From positions 1-37,474 of the IMG/VR virus record IMGVR_UViG_3300037483_001819: a stretch of 37,474 nt of DNA; one strand, written 5' to 3'. The position numbers and the translations under genes were made by a program. This stretch comes from a virus (taxonomy: Duplodnaviria > Caudoviricetes). Shown here piece by piece: positions 1 to 8,784 of this stretch. The notes beneath the pieces were generated by a model. The model was not told the origin of the DNA and did not search any database. It was given only the letters and a program-made list of their open reading frames with translations. Each line of letters opens with the position of its first letter. Positions within the stretch are counted from its first letter, which is position 1.

Positions 1-267
1 TCAGCCCTCAGCTCTGCGGCGAAGCAGTGTCTGCTCCACCACATCTGCAATGCCCTCAACGGCGTTATCGGCGGCATCCAGATAGGGCGGAATGACCTCG
101 CGCTGGACGCAGCCTGGCATATAGTTGCAGACCTTGAAATGATGGGTATCCGCAGCACAAAAACGCAGATAAGAGAGACAGCGAGAATAAATGAAGACGC
201 AGCAAGGGGAGACAACCCCCTGGCCCCCTTTTCTAAAGGGGAATTAAAAGAGGAGGTGAAAGTTTGA
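1..267 (+). CDS. Hypothetical phage protein, 5' truncated by window edge
   Basis: Frame 1 is open from base 1 to TGA 265-267, which overlaps the start of the next gene; not in ORF track. Confidence 0.55.
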   Translation, partial: SALSSAAKQCLLHHICNALNGVIGGIQIGRNDLALDAAWHIVADLEMMGIRSTKTQIRETARINEDAARGDNPLAPFSKGELKEEVKV

Positions 268-581
268 GCGAACAAGAACCAGGAGAAAAAAAGAGGGAGG
301 CGAAGACGGATTATTTTGTCGAGGCGCAGGAAAACCTCATGAGGGTCGTGGAGTTTTTGGCTACGGATGTGTTCAGGCCCTCGACAGTCAAGGACCTATG
401 TGATGCGCTGAGTATAAGTCAGAACAAGGTTGTCTGGGTGCTTTACAACCTCAGGCGGCGCGACTGGGCGGAGCAGGTCGGCGACTCATGGAGGCTTAGC
501 CCCCGGATCGTCAGGATCGCGGATAGTGTGAGGGCAGGGATTGGGCAGAACATTCAGAGATATCTTGTGGAGGTGAAGTGA
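264..581 (+). CDS. Winged HTH (IclR-like) DNA-binding protein
   Basis: TVKDLCDALSISQNKVVWVLYNLRRRDWAEQVGDSWRLSP HTH-wing pattern; GAGGAGG RBS; early position. Confidence 0.7.
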   Translation: MSEQEPGEKKREAKTDYFVEAQENLMRVVEFLATDVFRPSTVKDLCDALSISQNKVVWVLYNLRRRDWAEQVGDSWRLSPRIVRIADSVRAGIGQNIQRYLVEVK

Positions 582-736
582 TGGTTCACGCGAGAAGCAA
601 AGAGGATTTATTTGTAGCGCTGATAGATGAATCCGAAAGACTAATGAAAGAGGCTGAAATGAAGCGCACAGCAGCCCTTAGAGTGCTTATAAGGGCGATC
701 AGACTACTTAAGAAAGAGGGGAAAAATGGCAAATAA
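581..736 (+). CDS. Hypothetical protein (51 aa)
   Basis: Manual translation MVHARSKEDLF...GKNGK*; GGAGG RBS; fills the gap and overlaps both neighbours. Confidence 0.55.
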   Translation: MVHARSKEDLFVALIDESERLMKEAEMKRTAALRVLIRAIRLLKKEGKNGK

Positions 737-1586
737 GAAACAGGCACCAAAGCATCCATGCTCTGGATGCGAGAAAGAGAAAAAAGAGTGCAAAAGCTGC
801 GAAAACGCAGGGGCCAAGGCCCTACAGTTGGCGGACATAGACAGGATGCAAAGAGAAGTGAAGATCAATTTGCTTGAGGGCGATTTGCCTTATAACCGGG
901 ACGCCTACATCACCCAGGCAAGGTTTTTAGCAAAACAGACCGCAGAATCAATGCTTATGCTCGGGAAAATACTCCTCATGATCAAGGAAAAAGAGGGCCA
1001 TGGAAACTTCATGAGGATTGTAGAAGAAGAAATAAATATACCCTATAAAACGGCGCAACGCTTCATGAACGGGGCTTTAGCGTCAGAGCAGTTCCCGAGA
1101 ATAGATTTTTCCAAAATGGACAAATTGTCCAGTTTGTATGCCCTCCTGGGCGCGCCTGACGAAGACTTAAAAGAGCTTGAATCTACTGGAATTTTAGCGG
1201 GAAACACCATTGATGACCTCCAGCGCATGTCTGTCAAGGAGATGCGGAACCTCATTAAAGAACTCAAAGATGACAGGGAATCTATAGCCAAGGGCATCAA
1301 AAAAGAGTTTCAGGCCGAGATGAAGGCTTACCAAAAGGAAATCAAGCGTCTGAGTCCCTTTGACCCAGAGGGAACAAAGGAAGGGCTTGAACACCTGTCC
1401 GAACAGATGGATTCAATCGACTCTATGCTTAATGAGGCGGACACCCTTATGCGTAAATTTATCTTTGATGAACGGGTACTGGAACTGCCCGAGATACAGT
1501 CCAGAGTAGAAGCGGTGCAGGCGCGCATGCGTAGCCGCATCGAGAGCCTTATAGATAATTGGGACGCGTTTGTAAACCCGGCATGA
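726..1586 (+). CDS. DUF3102-like protein
   Basis: LGKILLMIKEKEGHGNF...TAQRFM motif; typical position directly upstream of the transposase in Mu-like phages. Confidence 0.75.
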   Translation: MANKKQAPKHPCSGCEKEKKECKSCENAGAKALQLADIDRMQREVKINLLEGDLPYNRDAYITQARFLAKQTAESMLMLGKILLMIKEKEGHGNFMRIVEEEINIPYKTAQRFMNGALASEQFPRIDFSKMDKLSSLYALLGAPDEDLKELESTGILAGNTIDDLQRMSVKEMRNLIKELKDDRESIAKGIKKEFQAEMKAYQKEIKRLSPFDPEGTKEGLEHLSEQMDSIDSMLNEADTLMRKFIFDERVLELPEIQSRVEAVQARMRSRIESLIDNWDAFVNPA

Positions 1587-3169
1587 TCGAACCGGCCCTT
1601 ATAGAGCAGATCAGGCGCGACCTCAATTCAGCGCCGTATACGATGCGCACGGCCATGGCCGGAGATTGGGCCAGAATGCTGGGTATCGTGCCTCAGACGC
1701 TCTATATGGAACTGCGCGGGGAGACAAACGGGCGTGGCCGCAAGGGCACTCCAAAACGGCCTGAATACCAGGAATGGACGCGGACCGTCTCTGCTATCAA
1801 AAAATCACCGCCTGAGGGAGCAGGCGAGATCAGCACTGACCAGGCTGTTGCCATGGGGGTGCAATGGGGCAAGCTTCCGAAAGAGGCGCTGGAAGTGCCG
1901 GTCGGGACTTTTGACCGCATTGCCCGCGACATGGGACTAAACAAGAAGCTTAGGAAGGTGAGCCGCTTTCAGGCGGAAAGGCCGAACCAGCTTCACCACT
2001 TTGACGCCTCAAGCTCGAAATTCCTCTATATCCACAGCAGGGTGTCAGAGGATGATTTTATTATTAAAATCCATCGACCAGGCAGCGGAGACTATAAGAA
2101 CAAACCCATCCCCTGTGACAGGCTCAGGCCGTGGTATTACGGCGTTGTGGATGACCACTCAGGGCGCATGCACGGGACGCTGGTTGCCGCTGCCGGTGAA
2201 AACTCACTGCACAGCATCCAGGCGGTCTGCAATGCCTGGGCAGTGATGGGCGTGCCGGACGCGCTCCTGGCCGACCAGGGCATGCTTAAAAAAGGACTTA
2301 TATCCAAGGACCTCATAGCACGGCTTAACGTCGAACTGCCTGAATCCATGCCTTACGCCAAAGAGGCCCACGGTAAGATCGAGCGCACCTGGAGGACAGG
2401 CTGGCAGAGATTTGAAAAGCCCTTTTATGCCGGGGATTGGAAAAAATTCACAATATTATTTTCTGAGCTTAAACAGCAGTTTGAAACGTACCTCGCCGAT
2501 GACTATAACCAACTCGCTCACAGGTTTGATAAGGGGATAACAAAGATGCAGGCATGGAGTCGTATAAACCTCTATGGCGGCATTGTGGAGATACCCGAAA
2601 ACGCGATAGCAACAGCGGCCAGACGCATCGAGAGAACAGTTGATCAGGACGGGACACTACAAATTGACGGACAGACCTATGAAGTTAAACACCTGCACAG
2701 CGCTAAGGTGGTCGTATTTATGGGCGTTGTTGACGGCAAGATCATTGTCCAGGACAAAGCAGACGGCAAAAAATATGAGGTGCGCGCCTTCAAACCCCTA
2801 AACGTAGGGGAATACAAGGGCCACTTAGATACACCGCATCAGAAACTGATTAAAGAATTTGCGCCACAGCTAACAGGTTCCGCCCCCATGCTCTACGCCG
2901 AGAAAAAGGAGGCCTCCGTAAAGGTCGCCTCCATGCCTATCCGCACAAAAGAGGAACGCGTCATAGAGGACCCCTTTGACGTGGACAGCTTCGCGGACAT
3001 CAACGAGGCAATGCGGGAATTCATGACATATCTGCCGGGGATATTTCTATCAACAGACGAAAGGAGGGAAGTGGAGGAAACAATCGGGACACATGGCTTA
3101 AGCAGGAGTTTTGTGGGGAACTTTGCCCTTGAGGTGAGGGCGAATTTATCAAAACGGGCGGCGATGTAA
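1583..3169 (+). CDS. Mu-like DDE transposase (MuA analogue)
   Basis: RFQAERPNQLHHFDAS, VVDDHSG, LADQG, AHGKIER catalytic-core motifs; C-terminal RTVDQDGTLQIDGQTY; ATG 1583 overlaps the upstream stop (ORF track start 1559). Confidence 0.9.
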   Translation: MIEPALIEQIRRDLNSAPYTMRTAMAGDWARMLGIVPQTLYMELRGETNGRGRKGTPKRPEYQEWTRTVSAIKKSPPEGAGEISTDQAVAMGVQWGKLPKEALEVPVGTFDRIARDMGLNKKLRKVSRFQAERPNQLHHFDASSSKFLYIHSRVSEDDFIIKIHRPGSGDYKNKPIPCDRLRPWYYGVVDDHSGRMHGTLVAAAGENSLHSIQAVCNAWAVMGVPDALLADQGMLKKGLISKDLIARLNVELPESMPYAKEAHGKIERTWRTGWQRFEKPFYAGDWKKFTILFSELKQQFETYLADDYNQLAHRFDKGITKMQAWSRINLYGGIVEIPENAIATAARRIERTVDQDGTLQIDGQTYEVKHLHSAKVVVFMGVVDGKIIVQDKADGKKYEVRAFKPLNVGEYKGHLDTPHQKLIKEFAPQLTGSAPMLYAEKKEASVKVASMPIRTKEERVIEDPFDVDSFADINEAMREFMTYLPGIFLSTDERREVEETIGTHGLSRSFVGNFALEVRANLSKRAAM

Positions 3170-3180
3170 ATTAACAAAAG

Positions 3181-3240
3181 CGTTCTTGGTTCTTGGTTCG
3201 TAGTTAACAAAGAACGAAGAACAAAGCACCAAGAACAACG
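3181..3240. repeat. Heptamer-periodic imperfect inverted repeat (GTTCTTG.../...CAAGAAC), family copy 1
   Basis: Intergenic; shares core TAGTTAACAAAGAAC with 21141-21203. Confidence 0.7.
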
Positions 3241-3246
3241 CAGGAG

Positions 3247-4671
3247 GTGAATGAAGTGAGCACAGCAGCAGCGAAAATTTACAGCATGCCTTACAGTCCA
3301 TTGATAGCACGGGACCTGCTTGCGCAATGCGGGATATCCCAGCCAGAGGCGGCAGCAGCCATAGGCTTTAACAAAGAGACAGTGCGGCTGGCAATCAACA
3401 GAGGTTATATCCCCAGGGCAAACGTCAGGCGGAACCTCAGGCAGCAGCTTGAGGCATTCCTTGGCACAAACACCACAGCAGCAGAATGGCTGCGCAGGCA
3501 CGGCCTGACAATGGCTGACATCTGGAGAAAAAGCAGCAACGAAGCAGCGAGCATTTATCCCATCAATCACGGTGAGAAGGTCTATCACAGCAGGCGGCAT
3601 GACCTGCAGGCAATACCCCGTGTCGGACGTGAACATAAAAAACTACAAAGACAACTCGGAAGGAGAAAGCAGATTATGGAAAACGGCTACGCAACATTGG
3701 CTGCCTATGGTTACAACGGCAGTCCATTTTCAGAGGTCCGCATACCAACAGCGGACGGCAGCACGCTCAGGCGTCTTTTTAAAATGGCAACTGAGGCAAA
3801 GGCGATGGTCTCTGTTATCGCGCCTTACGGGGCAGGAAAGACCACAGCGATCGAGACAGCGCTTGACGGCCTGCCCTGTCATCACATATGCCTCAATCTT
3901 GCAGACAAGGAAAACATGAAGGTCGCGGACATCGAACGTGCGCTGGTCCGCAGGCTCTCACAGGAGCCCATTGCGCGGGACCGCGACACAAGGGCCTTGC
4001 AGGTCAGCCGTGTCGTGGGTGAGGCAGGCAAGAGCAAGCCGGTTGTGCTGATCATCGAAGAGGCCCATGTAATGCACCATAGCACTCTCCGGGCGCTCAA
4101 GCGGATCCGCGAGTATGACTGGATGGGCCGCAGACCTCTGCTGGCGGTTGTACTGATCGGCCAGTTCGATAAATTAAAGACAGCCAACCTCGCTGAGTGC
4201 CACAGGGGAGTCAGAAGCGACACCTATAAACTGCAGGGTCTGGCGCCCTCAGAGGCGCGGCTTTATGTCAATGAGACAGTCGGCGAGTGCTTCGAACCCG
4301 AGGCTGTAAAGGCGCTTTCAGAGCTGCCAGACGCGCGGAATTTTCTTGATCTGCAGGAGGCGATCATCACCCTTATGCAGGCAGGCCTCAGCAGCGGGAC
4401 AAAAAAGGTGACTGTGCTCGATGTGTTTCAGGCTTATGGCGGAGGCATCAAACAACTCATGGACAAATACGATATTAAATTATCGCAGCTTGCGGAACTC
4501 ACAGGCGAGCATAACAGCACACTGAGCCTGGTCATCAACAACAAACCGCATACACTGAGTAAGGAAAAGGAAGTGGCGGTGAAGACCGCCATATCTGACG
4601 CGATCAAAACACTGACCCAGCAGCCAGGGCACAAATCGCATAAAGCTGCTGCTGATTTAAAGGTGGTGTAG
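3247..4671 (+). CDS. Transposition AAA+ ATPase (MuB/ExeA-like) with HTH-like terminal segments
   Basis: Walker A APYGAGKTT, Walker B LIIEEAH, VVLIGQ; follows the transposase. Confidence 0.85.
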   Translation: MNEVSTAAAKIYSMPYSPLIARDLLAQCGISQPEAAAAIGFNKETVRLAINRGYIPRANVRRNLRQQLEAFLGTNTTAAEWLRRHGLTMADIWRKSSNEAASIYPINHGEKVYHSRRHDLQAIPRVGREHKKLQRQLGRRKQIMENGYATLAAYGYNGSPFSEVRIPTADGSTLRRLFKMATEAKAMVSVIAPYGAGKTTAIETALDGLPCHHICLNLADKENMKVADIERALVRRLSQEPIARDRDTRALQVSRVVGEAGKSKPVVLIIEEAHVMHHSTLRALKRIREYDWMGRRPLLAVVLIGQFDKLKTANLAECHRGVRSDTYKLQGLAPSEARLYVNETVGECFEPEAVKALSELPDARNFLDLQEAIITLMQAGLSSGTKKVTVLDVFQAYGGGIKQLMDKYDIKLSQLAELTGEHNSTLSLVINNKPHTLSKEKEVAVKTAISDAIKTLTQQPGHKSHKAAADLKVV

Positions 4672-4673
4672 CC

Positions 4674-4862
4674 ATGGGAAAAAACGGATCAGGAAAAATC
4701 ACACTGAGGCAAAAAATGGGCGTGGTAAATCATGCCCCTGCAAAGGGCGGCGACATCAAATGCCCGGTGACTGGGTTGCCGATGGACGTATCAGTCTGCA
4801 CAGTCAACCAGCAAAGGTATCCGCAGGCGTGCAAGCAAAGCGGATGCGAGGAGGCGGCATGA
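4674..4862 (+). CDS. Small Cys-containing hypothetical protein
   Basis: 62 aa ORF tightly packed in the early operon. Confidence 0.55.
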   Translation: MGKNGSGKITLRQKMGVVNHAPAKGGDIKCPVTGLPMDVSVCTVNQQRYPQACKQSGCEEAA

Positions 4863-5167
4863 AAAAACAAACATTGACTCTGGTTACACGTCCATATCTT
4901 TGTACCCAGTGCGGCAAGCATGACGTAGTTGCCGGCGGCTATCACGTCAACATCGAGCATCTGCCTGGGATGATCACGCTCTATGCTGTTGAGCACGGGC
5001 AGATGTATGACGAGGCAAAATTCAGACACCATGTCTGCGGCAGGGCCTGCTGTGTGCTGGCGTGGAATGCCGCGATGGATGAGATGGAGAGGCCCCGGAC
5101 CGACCCCGGGACCTCTCCTGAGACGCACATTGTTAACCCCGCGTGGGAGGTGCAACATGCAGGATAG
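4859..5167 (+). CDS. Hypothetical protein with CxxC motifs
   Basis: GGAGG RBS before ATG 4859; CTQC...HVCGRAC. Confidence 0.6.
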   Translation: MKKQTLTLVTRPYLCTQCGKHDVVAGGYHVNIEHLPGMITLYAVEHGQMYDEAKFRHHVCGRACCVLAWNAAMDEMERPRTDPGTSPETHIVNPAWEVQHAG

Positions 5168-5264
5168 GATAACACATATTCTTACCTGCATCTGCACTGT
5201 AGTTGCCCTGTGGCTGCTTTACAGCATTGCCTTTGAAGGCTGGCTTATGATGGGAGGGAAGTGA
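5157..5264 (+). CDS. Small membrane peptide (35 aa)
   Basis: GGAGG RBS; MQDRITHILTCICTVVALWLLYSIAFEGWLMMGGK has one hydrophobic helix. Confidence 0.5.
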   Translation: MQDRITHILTCICTVVALWLLYSIAFEGWLMMGGK

Positions 5265-5629
5265 TGGCTACAGCGGTTGCAAGGCAGCAATTGGAGAATG
5301 AATTAAACGACGGGTTTAAGCGCCTGTGGGCAGGCAATGTCCGGGAATGCATCAACCCCGGCTGTGAGATCCCCACGCGCTCGGAAAGCGGGCAGTGCGC
5401 TGTCTGCACGGTTTTGCAGAGGGCGGAGGAAAGGGTCGCCAGAGGCGAGGTGCATTCTGAGGTATTGACCACAGCATGCTGCAACTGCAAGGAGCCGTTT
5501 TACAGGTTAGGAAAAGAACACACCTGCCCCTCCTGCCGCGTAGCCGCGCTTAAACGATCCGATTATTCCCCCGCGCGCGTAGAGCTTGAAAAAGAAAAGA
5601 TACTCAGGAGGGCGCATGCAGTCAACTAA
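5261..5629 (+). CDS. Zn-ribbon-like hypothetical protein
   Basis: Several CxxC pairs (CAVC, CCNC, CPSC). Confidence 0.6.
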   Translation: MMATAVARQQLENELNDGFKRLWAGNVRECINPGCEIPTRSESGQCAVCTVLQRAEERVARGEVHSEVLTTACCNCKEPFYRLGKEHTCPSCRVAALKRSDYSPARVELEKEKILRRAHAVN

Positions 5630-5810
5630 AACATTGAAAGAATTTATTAATGAACTCTGCAAAGAGCACGGGATAGATGTCGTGACCGAGGTGGTGAGGG
5701 AAAGGCTTGAGAAATACTTCAGGCTGCAGGAGCTGGGGCAGACTGCAAACAGGATGGGGTTGGTTTCACACATGAAGGAAAACGTAGAAATAAAAGGGAG
5801 GCAAAACTAA
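5616..5810 (+). CDS. Hypothetical protein
   Basis: AGGAGG RBS before ATG 5616; stop overlaps the gam start. Confidence 0.6.
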   Translation: MQSTKTLKEFINELCKEHGIDVVTEVVRERLEKYFRLQELGQTANRMGLVSHMKENVEIKGRQN

Positions 5811-6370
5811 TGGCAAGATTAAAACCGAAAAACACTATCACTTCAAAGGCACAGGCAGAGGCGGCAATGATGAAATTAAACAGCATCGATACTGAGCTGG
5901 CCCGGATGGACCTTGATGAGGCTGAGGCTATCTGCGCTGTCAGGGAAAAACACAACACAAAGCAGCGTGAGGCAGGTCGCCCTGGAATGGAGGCTGAAAA
6001 GGCCCTGCTGATAAAGGAGCTTGAGGCCTGGGCTGAAGGTGATCAGGCCACCTGGGGAAAGCGCAGCATCGAGACGCCCTTCGGGATGTTTGGCTTCCGA
6101 GTGGGCCAGCCGACTGTTTCGATTATTAAAAAGATTGCCAAGAGCTTTGACGCTGCCCTGGAGCTTTTAAAGGCCGCGCTGCCCGGATATGTGAGAGATG
6201 TGCCCCAGATAGACAAGGCTCAGATCCTCGCGGATAACGCTGCCAAAGTGCTGGACGAAGAGGCGCTCCGGGAGTGCGGCCTCGAGGTGAAACAGGATGA
6301 CGAGTTCTGGGTCGAGACAGCGGCAAGCAAAGACCTTGAGACGGCGGCGAAGAAATTGAGGGCGGCTTGA
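5810..6370 (+). CDS. gam: Mu Gam-like host-nuclease inhibitor
   Basis: Coiled N-terminus, KRSIETPFGMFGFRVGQP, IDKAQIL, GLEVKQDDEFWVE pattern. Confidence 0.85.
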   Translation: MARLKPKNTITSKAQAEAAMMKLNSIDTELARMDLDEAEAICAVREKHNTKQREAGRPGMEAEKALLIKELEAWAEGDQATWGKRSIETPFGMFGFRVGQPTVSIIKKIAKSFDAALELLKAALPGYVRDVPQIDKAQILADNAAKVLDEEALRECGLEVKQDDEFWVETAASKDLETAAKKLRAA

Positions 6371-6576
6371 AGACCGGCTGGATAAAAACAGAGTTGAAGA
6401 TCGGAAGGCCTAAATGGCATTTCTTTGATCGTAAAAAAATGCACGGGGCCAGAGAGGTGTCTTTATGCGGGCAGATCAGGCTGTATACAGTTACTGACCT
6501 GGAGACGCGACATATTATGGAGGCGGGTAACTGTCTGCTGTGTGTGAAGATTTTAAAGAAGATGGAGGTGGTATGA
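6367..6576 (+). CDS. Hypothetical protein
   Basis: 69 aa; KWHFF...SLCG...CLLC; overlaps both neighbours. Confidence 0.55.
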   Translation: MKTGWIKTELKIGRPKWHFFDRKKMHGAREVSLCGQIRLYTVTDLETRHIMEAGNCLLCVKILKKMEVV

Positions 6577-6809
6577 GCACAAAAAACAAATTGACCGATT
6601 TGAACAATCATTTATTTGCCCAGTTGGAACGGCTCTCCGATGAAGAGACAGTGGGCGACAAGCTTGCTGAGGAAATTGAAAGATCGCGGGCTGTGGGAGG
6701 AATCGCAAGGACCATTATCGACAATGCCAAGCTCGCACTGGAGGCTCAAAAGGCGTTAGATGACACGGTGCGCACGCTTCCGCCTGTGTTAAGCATCGGG
6801 GACAAATGA
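6573..6809 (+). CDS. Conserved phage hypothetical protein preceding the HNH gene
   Basis: KNKLTDLNNHLFAQLERL motif; GGAGG RBS. Confidence 0.7.
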   Translation: MSTKNKLTDLNNHLFAQLERLSDEETVGDKLAEEIERSRAVGGIARTIIDNAKLALEAQKALDDTVRTLPPVLSIGDK

Positions 6810-7426
6810 GACGTTATACAAAGGAGCATTTGGATTTTCTTTGCGCTCATTACCCGGAGATGTCGCGTTCCGAGCTGACAACATTATTTAATGCGCAATT
6901 CGCGGAGAACGTGACTGTGAAGGGACTGGTCTCCACAATTGAAAATCACAAGATCATCTCCGGTAGAACAGGGCAATTTGTAAAGGGGCAGGAGGCGTGG
7001 AACCTCGGAGTGAAGGGGTACATGGGGCCGAACAAAACCAGCTTCAAAAAGGGAAGTGTGCCGTCCAACAGAAAGCCGATCGGATCTGAAAGGATCTGCT
7101 CCAAGGACGGCTTTATCCTTGTAAAGATAAAAGAGCGTAATCCATATACGGGGTACCCGACCCGGTACAAGCACAAGCATGTCCACGTATGGGAGAAAAA
7201 ACACGGCACTGTGCCAAAGGGCCATGTTGTGGTATTTAAAGACGGGAACAAACTTAACTGCAAGCCGGGCAACCTGATGCTGCTGACCAGGGCTGAGCTG
7301 CTGGTCCTAAATCAGCACGGATACAAAGAGGCCCCAGCCGAATTAAAACCTACTATCCTTGCACTGGTAAAGCTGGAGACCAAGGCCGGGTTCAGATCGC
7401 GGCTAGTCAGGGGACGAAATGGCTGA
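6806..7426 (+). CDS. HNH endonuclease family protein
   Basis: KHVHVWEKKHGTVPKGHVVVFKDGNKLNCKPGNLMLLTRAEL; FKKG..P.N repeats. Confidence 0.85.
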   Translation: MRRYTKEHLDFLCAHYPEMSRSELTTLFNAQFAENVTVKGLVSTIENHKIISGRTGQFVKGQEAWNLGVKGYMGPNKTSFKKGSVPSNRKPIGSERICSKDGFILVKIKERNPYTGYPTRYKHKHVHVWEKKHGTVPKGHVVVFKDGNKLNCKPGNLMLLTRAELLVLNQHGYKEAPAELKPTILALVKLETKAGFRSRLVRGRNG

Positions 7427-7850
7427 GCAGATCAAAATTGATTTTAAAAATGTAGGGGCGCTGCTTGCCGCGCCCGGTATTAACGGCAACAGCCAGGGCG
7501 CGGCAAGCAGCGCCCCTACGGGAGACATGACGGACATCGAGACCCGCGTCCTCGCCCTCATTCAGCGGGGCCGCAGCAACGCCATCAGTATGCCTGCGCT
7601 GGCTGAGGCCTGCGGGATATCCACCAGAGAGTTGCAGTCGATTAAGAAACACCTGGTTGAAGACCACGGGGTTTTGATCGTCTCATCCTGCGGGAAAAAC
7701 AACGGATATTATTATCCGGAGAACGCCGAAGAATTCGACGCAGGAGCAGACCAGATAATTCATCGGATCATCTCCCTGGCGAAACTCCTCAGGGCGATGA
7801 ACAAAGAGAAATACGAGCACATATTCTGCCAGGGAAGGATTGAGCTATGA
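7419..7850 (+). CDS. Winged HTH domain protein
   Basis: GRSNAISMPALAEACGISTRELQSIKKHL...GYYY. Confidence 0.7.
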   Translation: MAEQIKIDFKNVGALLAAPGINGNSQGAASSAPTGDMTDIETRVLALIQRGRSNAISMPALAEACGISTRELQSIKKHLVEDHGVLIVSSCGKNNGYYYPENAEEFDAGADQIIHRIISLAKLLRAMNKEKYEHIFCQGRIEL

Positions 7851-8587
7851 TCAGTAAAATCCAGATCAAACTCATCAAGATCGGACAGAAGCAGATCGGT
7901 CTGAGCGATGAGCAATACCGCGACATGCTCTCTGACCGCTACTGGAAACACTCCTGCACAGAGCTGACGTATAAAGAGGCCTCTGACCTGATCGATCATT
8001 TTAAGACGCTGGGGTTTGCGGTAACTCCCCCATCCCCCTCTTATGTTAAGAGGGGGCAAGCAAAGCGCGGGGGCGTTACGAGATACGAATCCTCCATTGC
8101 CGGGCTGCGGCAGGAGATCGCAGACATTGCGCGTGAGAGGTTTGGCCGTGATTTCGAGTCCCCGCTCAATGCCCTGTGCAAAAAATTCAAGGTCGATCAC
8201 TGGAAATTTTTAAACGTGGCCACAGGCAAGGAGATCAAGGCTGCGTTGATAAGGATGCAACAAAGCGGACAGCCAAAAAACTCTTTACCACCCCGGCCTG
8301 CGGCCACCCCTCCTAAAATAGGCGGGGAGCTCATGACCAAACAGCAACTCAAAGAGATCGAGTTGCTCAAGGCTGATGTGCTCTGGAGCAGTGGGCCGAT
8401 GGGCTATTACAAATGGCTGAAGGCGTATTTAAAAAAGGACAGCATCTCAACATATAAGGAGGCGGAGGCGGTCAAGAAGGCGCTGAAGGGAATGCGGAAT
8501 GCGGAATGCGGAATGCGGAATGCGGAGACAGGGGAGAACTATTTCCGCCGTGATGGCGGGCTGTATGGAGGGCATTATGAATGGTAG
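7847..8587 (+). CDS. gemA: GemA/gp16 (DUF1018) family regulatory protein
   Basis: QIKLIKIGQKQIGLSDEQYRDML...SCTELTYKEASDLIDHFKTLGF N-terminal signature. Confidence 0.85.
   Translation: MISKIQIKLIKIGQKQIGLSDEQYRDMLSDRYWKHSCTELTYKEASDLIDHFKTLGFAVTPPSPSYVKRGQAKRGGVTRYESSIAGLRQEIADIARERFGRDFESPLNALCKKFKVDHWKFLNVATGKEIKAALIRMQQSGQPKNSLPPRPAATPPKIGGELMTKQQLKEIELLKADVLWSSGPMGYYKWLKAYLKKDSISTYKEAEAVKKALKGMRNAECGMRNAETGENYFRRDGGLYGGHYEW
8491..8525 (+). repeat. Tandem heptamer (AATGCGG)x5 inside the 3' end of gemA
   Basis: Five perfect copies read directly. Confidence 0.95.
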
Positions 8588-8774
8588 GAAGATAGACCCT
8601 GAATCACAAGCGATATGGGATGATCTGCGCAAAGCAGAACGATCACAAACATGCCCTCAATTATCCTGCTGCGATATGGTTCATGGCCTGATCAGGGCCG
8701 GCTATACGCGGATAATGGTAGATAACCTGAGCGTCACACTGAGGTTTTGTCCTCAGTGCGGCAGGAGGTTGTAG
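8577..8774 (+). CDS. Small Zn-ribbon protein
   Basis: GGAGG RBS; CC...FCPQCGRRL C-terminus. Confidence 0.65.
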   Translation: MNGRKIDPESQAIWDDLRKAERSQTCPQLSCCDMVHGLIRAGYTRIMVDNLSVTLRFCPQCGRRL

Positions 8775-8784
8775 GGAATTTAAT

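Noticed and set aside
2893-3636. Long minus-strand ORFs (e.g. 2893-3636, 21895-22491, 25499-26188)
   Set aside because: Antisense shadows of well-supported plus-strand phage genes with no recognisable motifs
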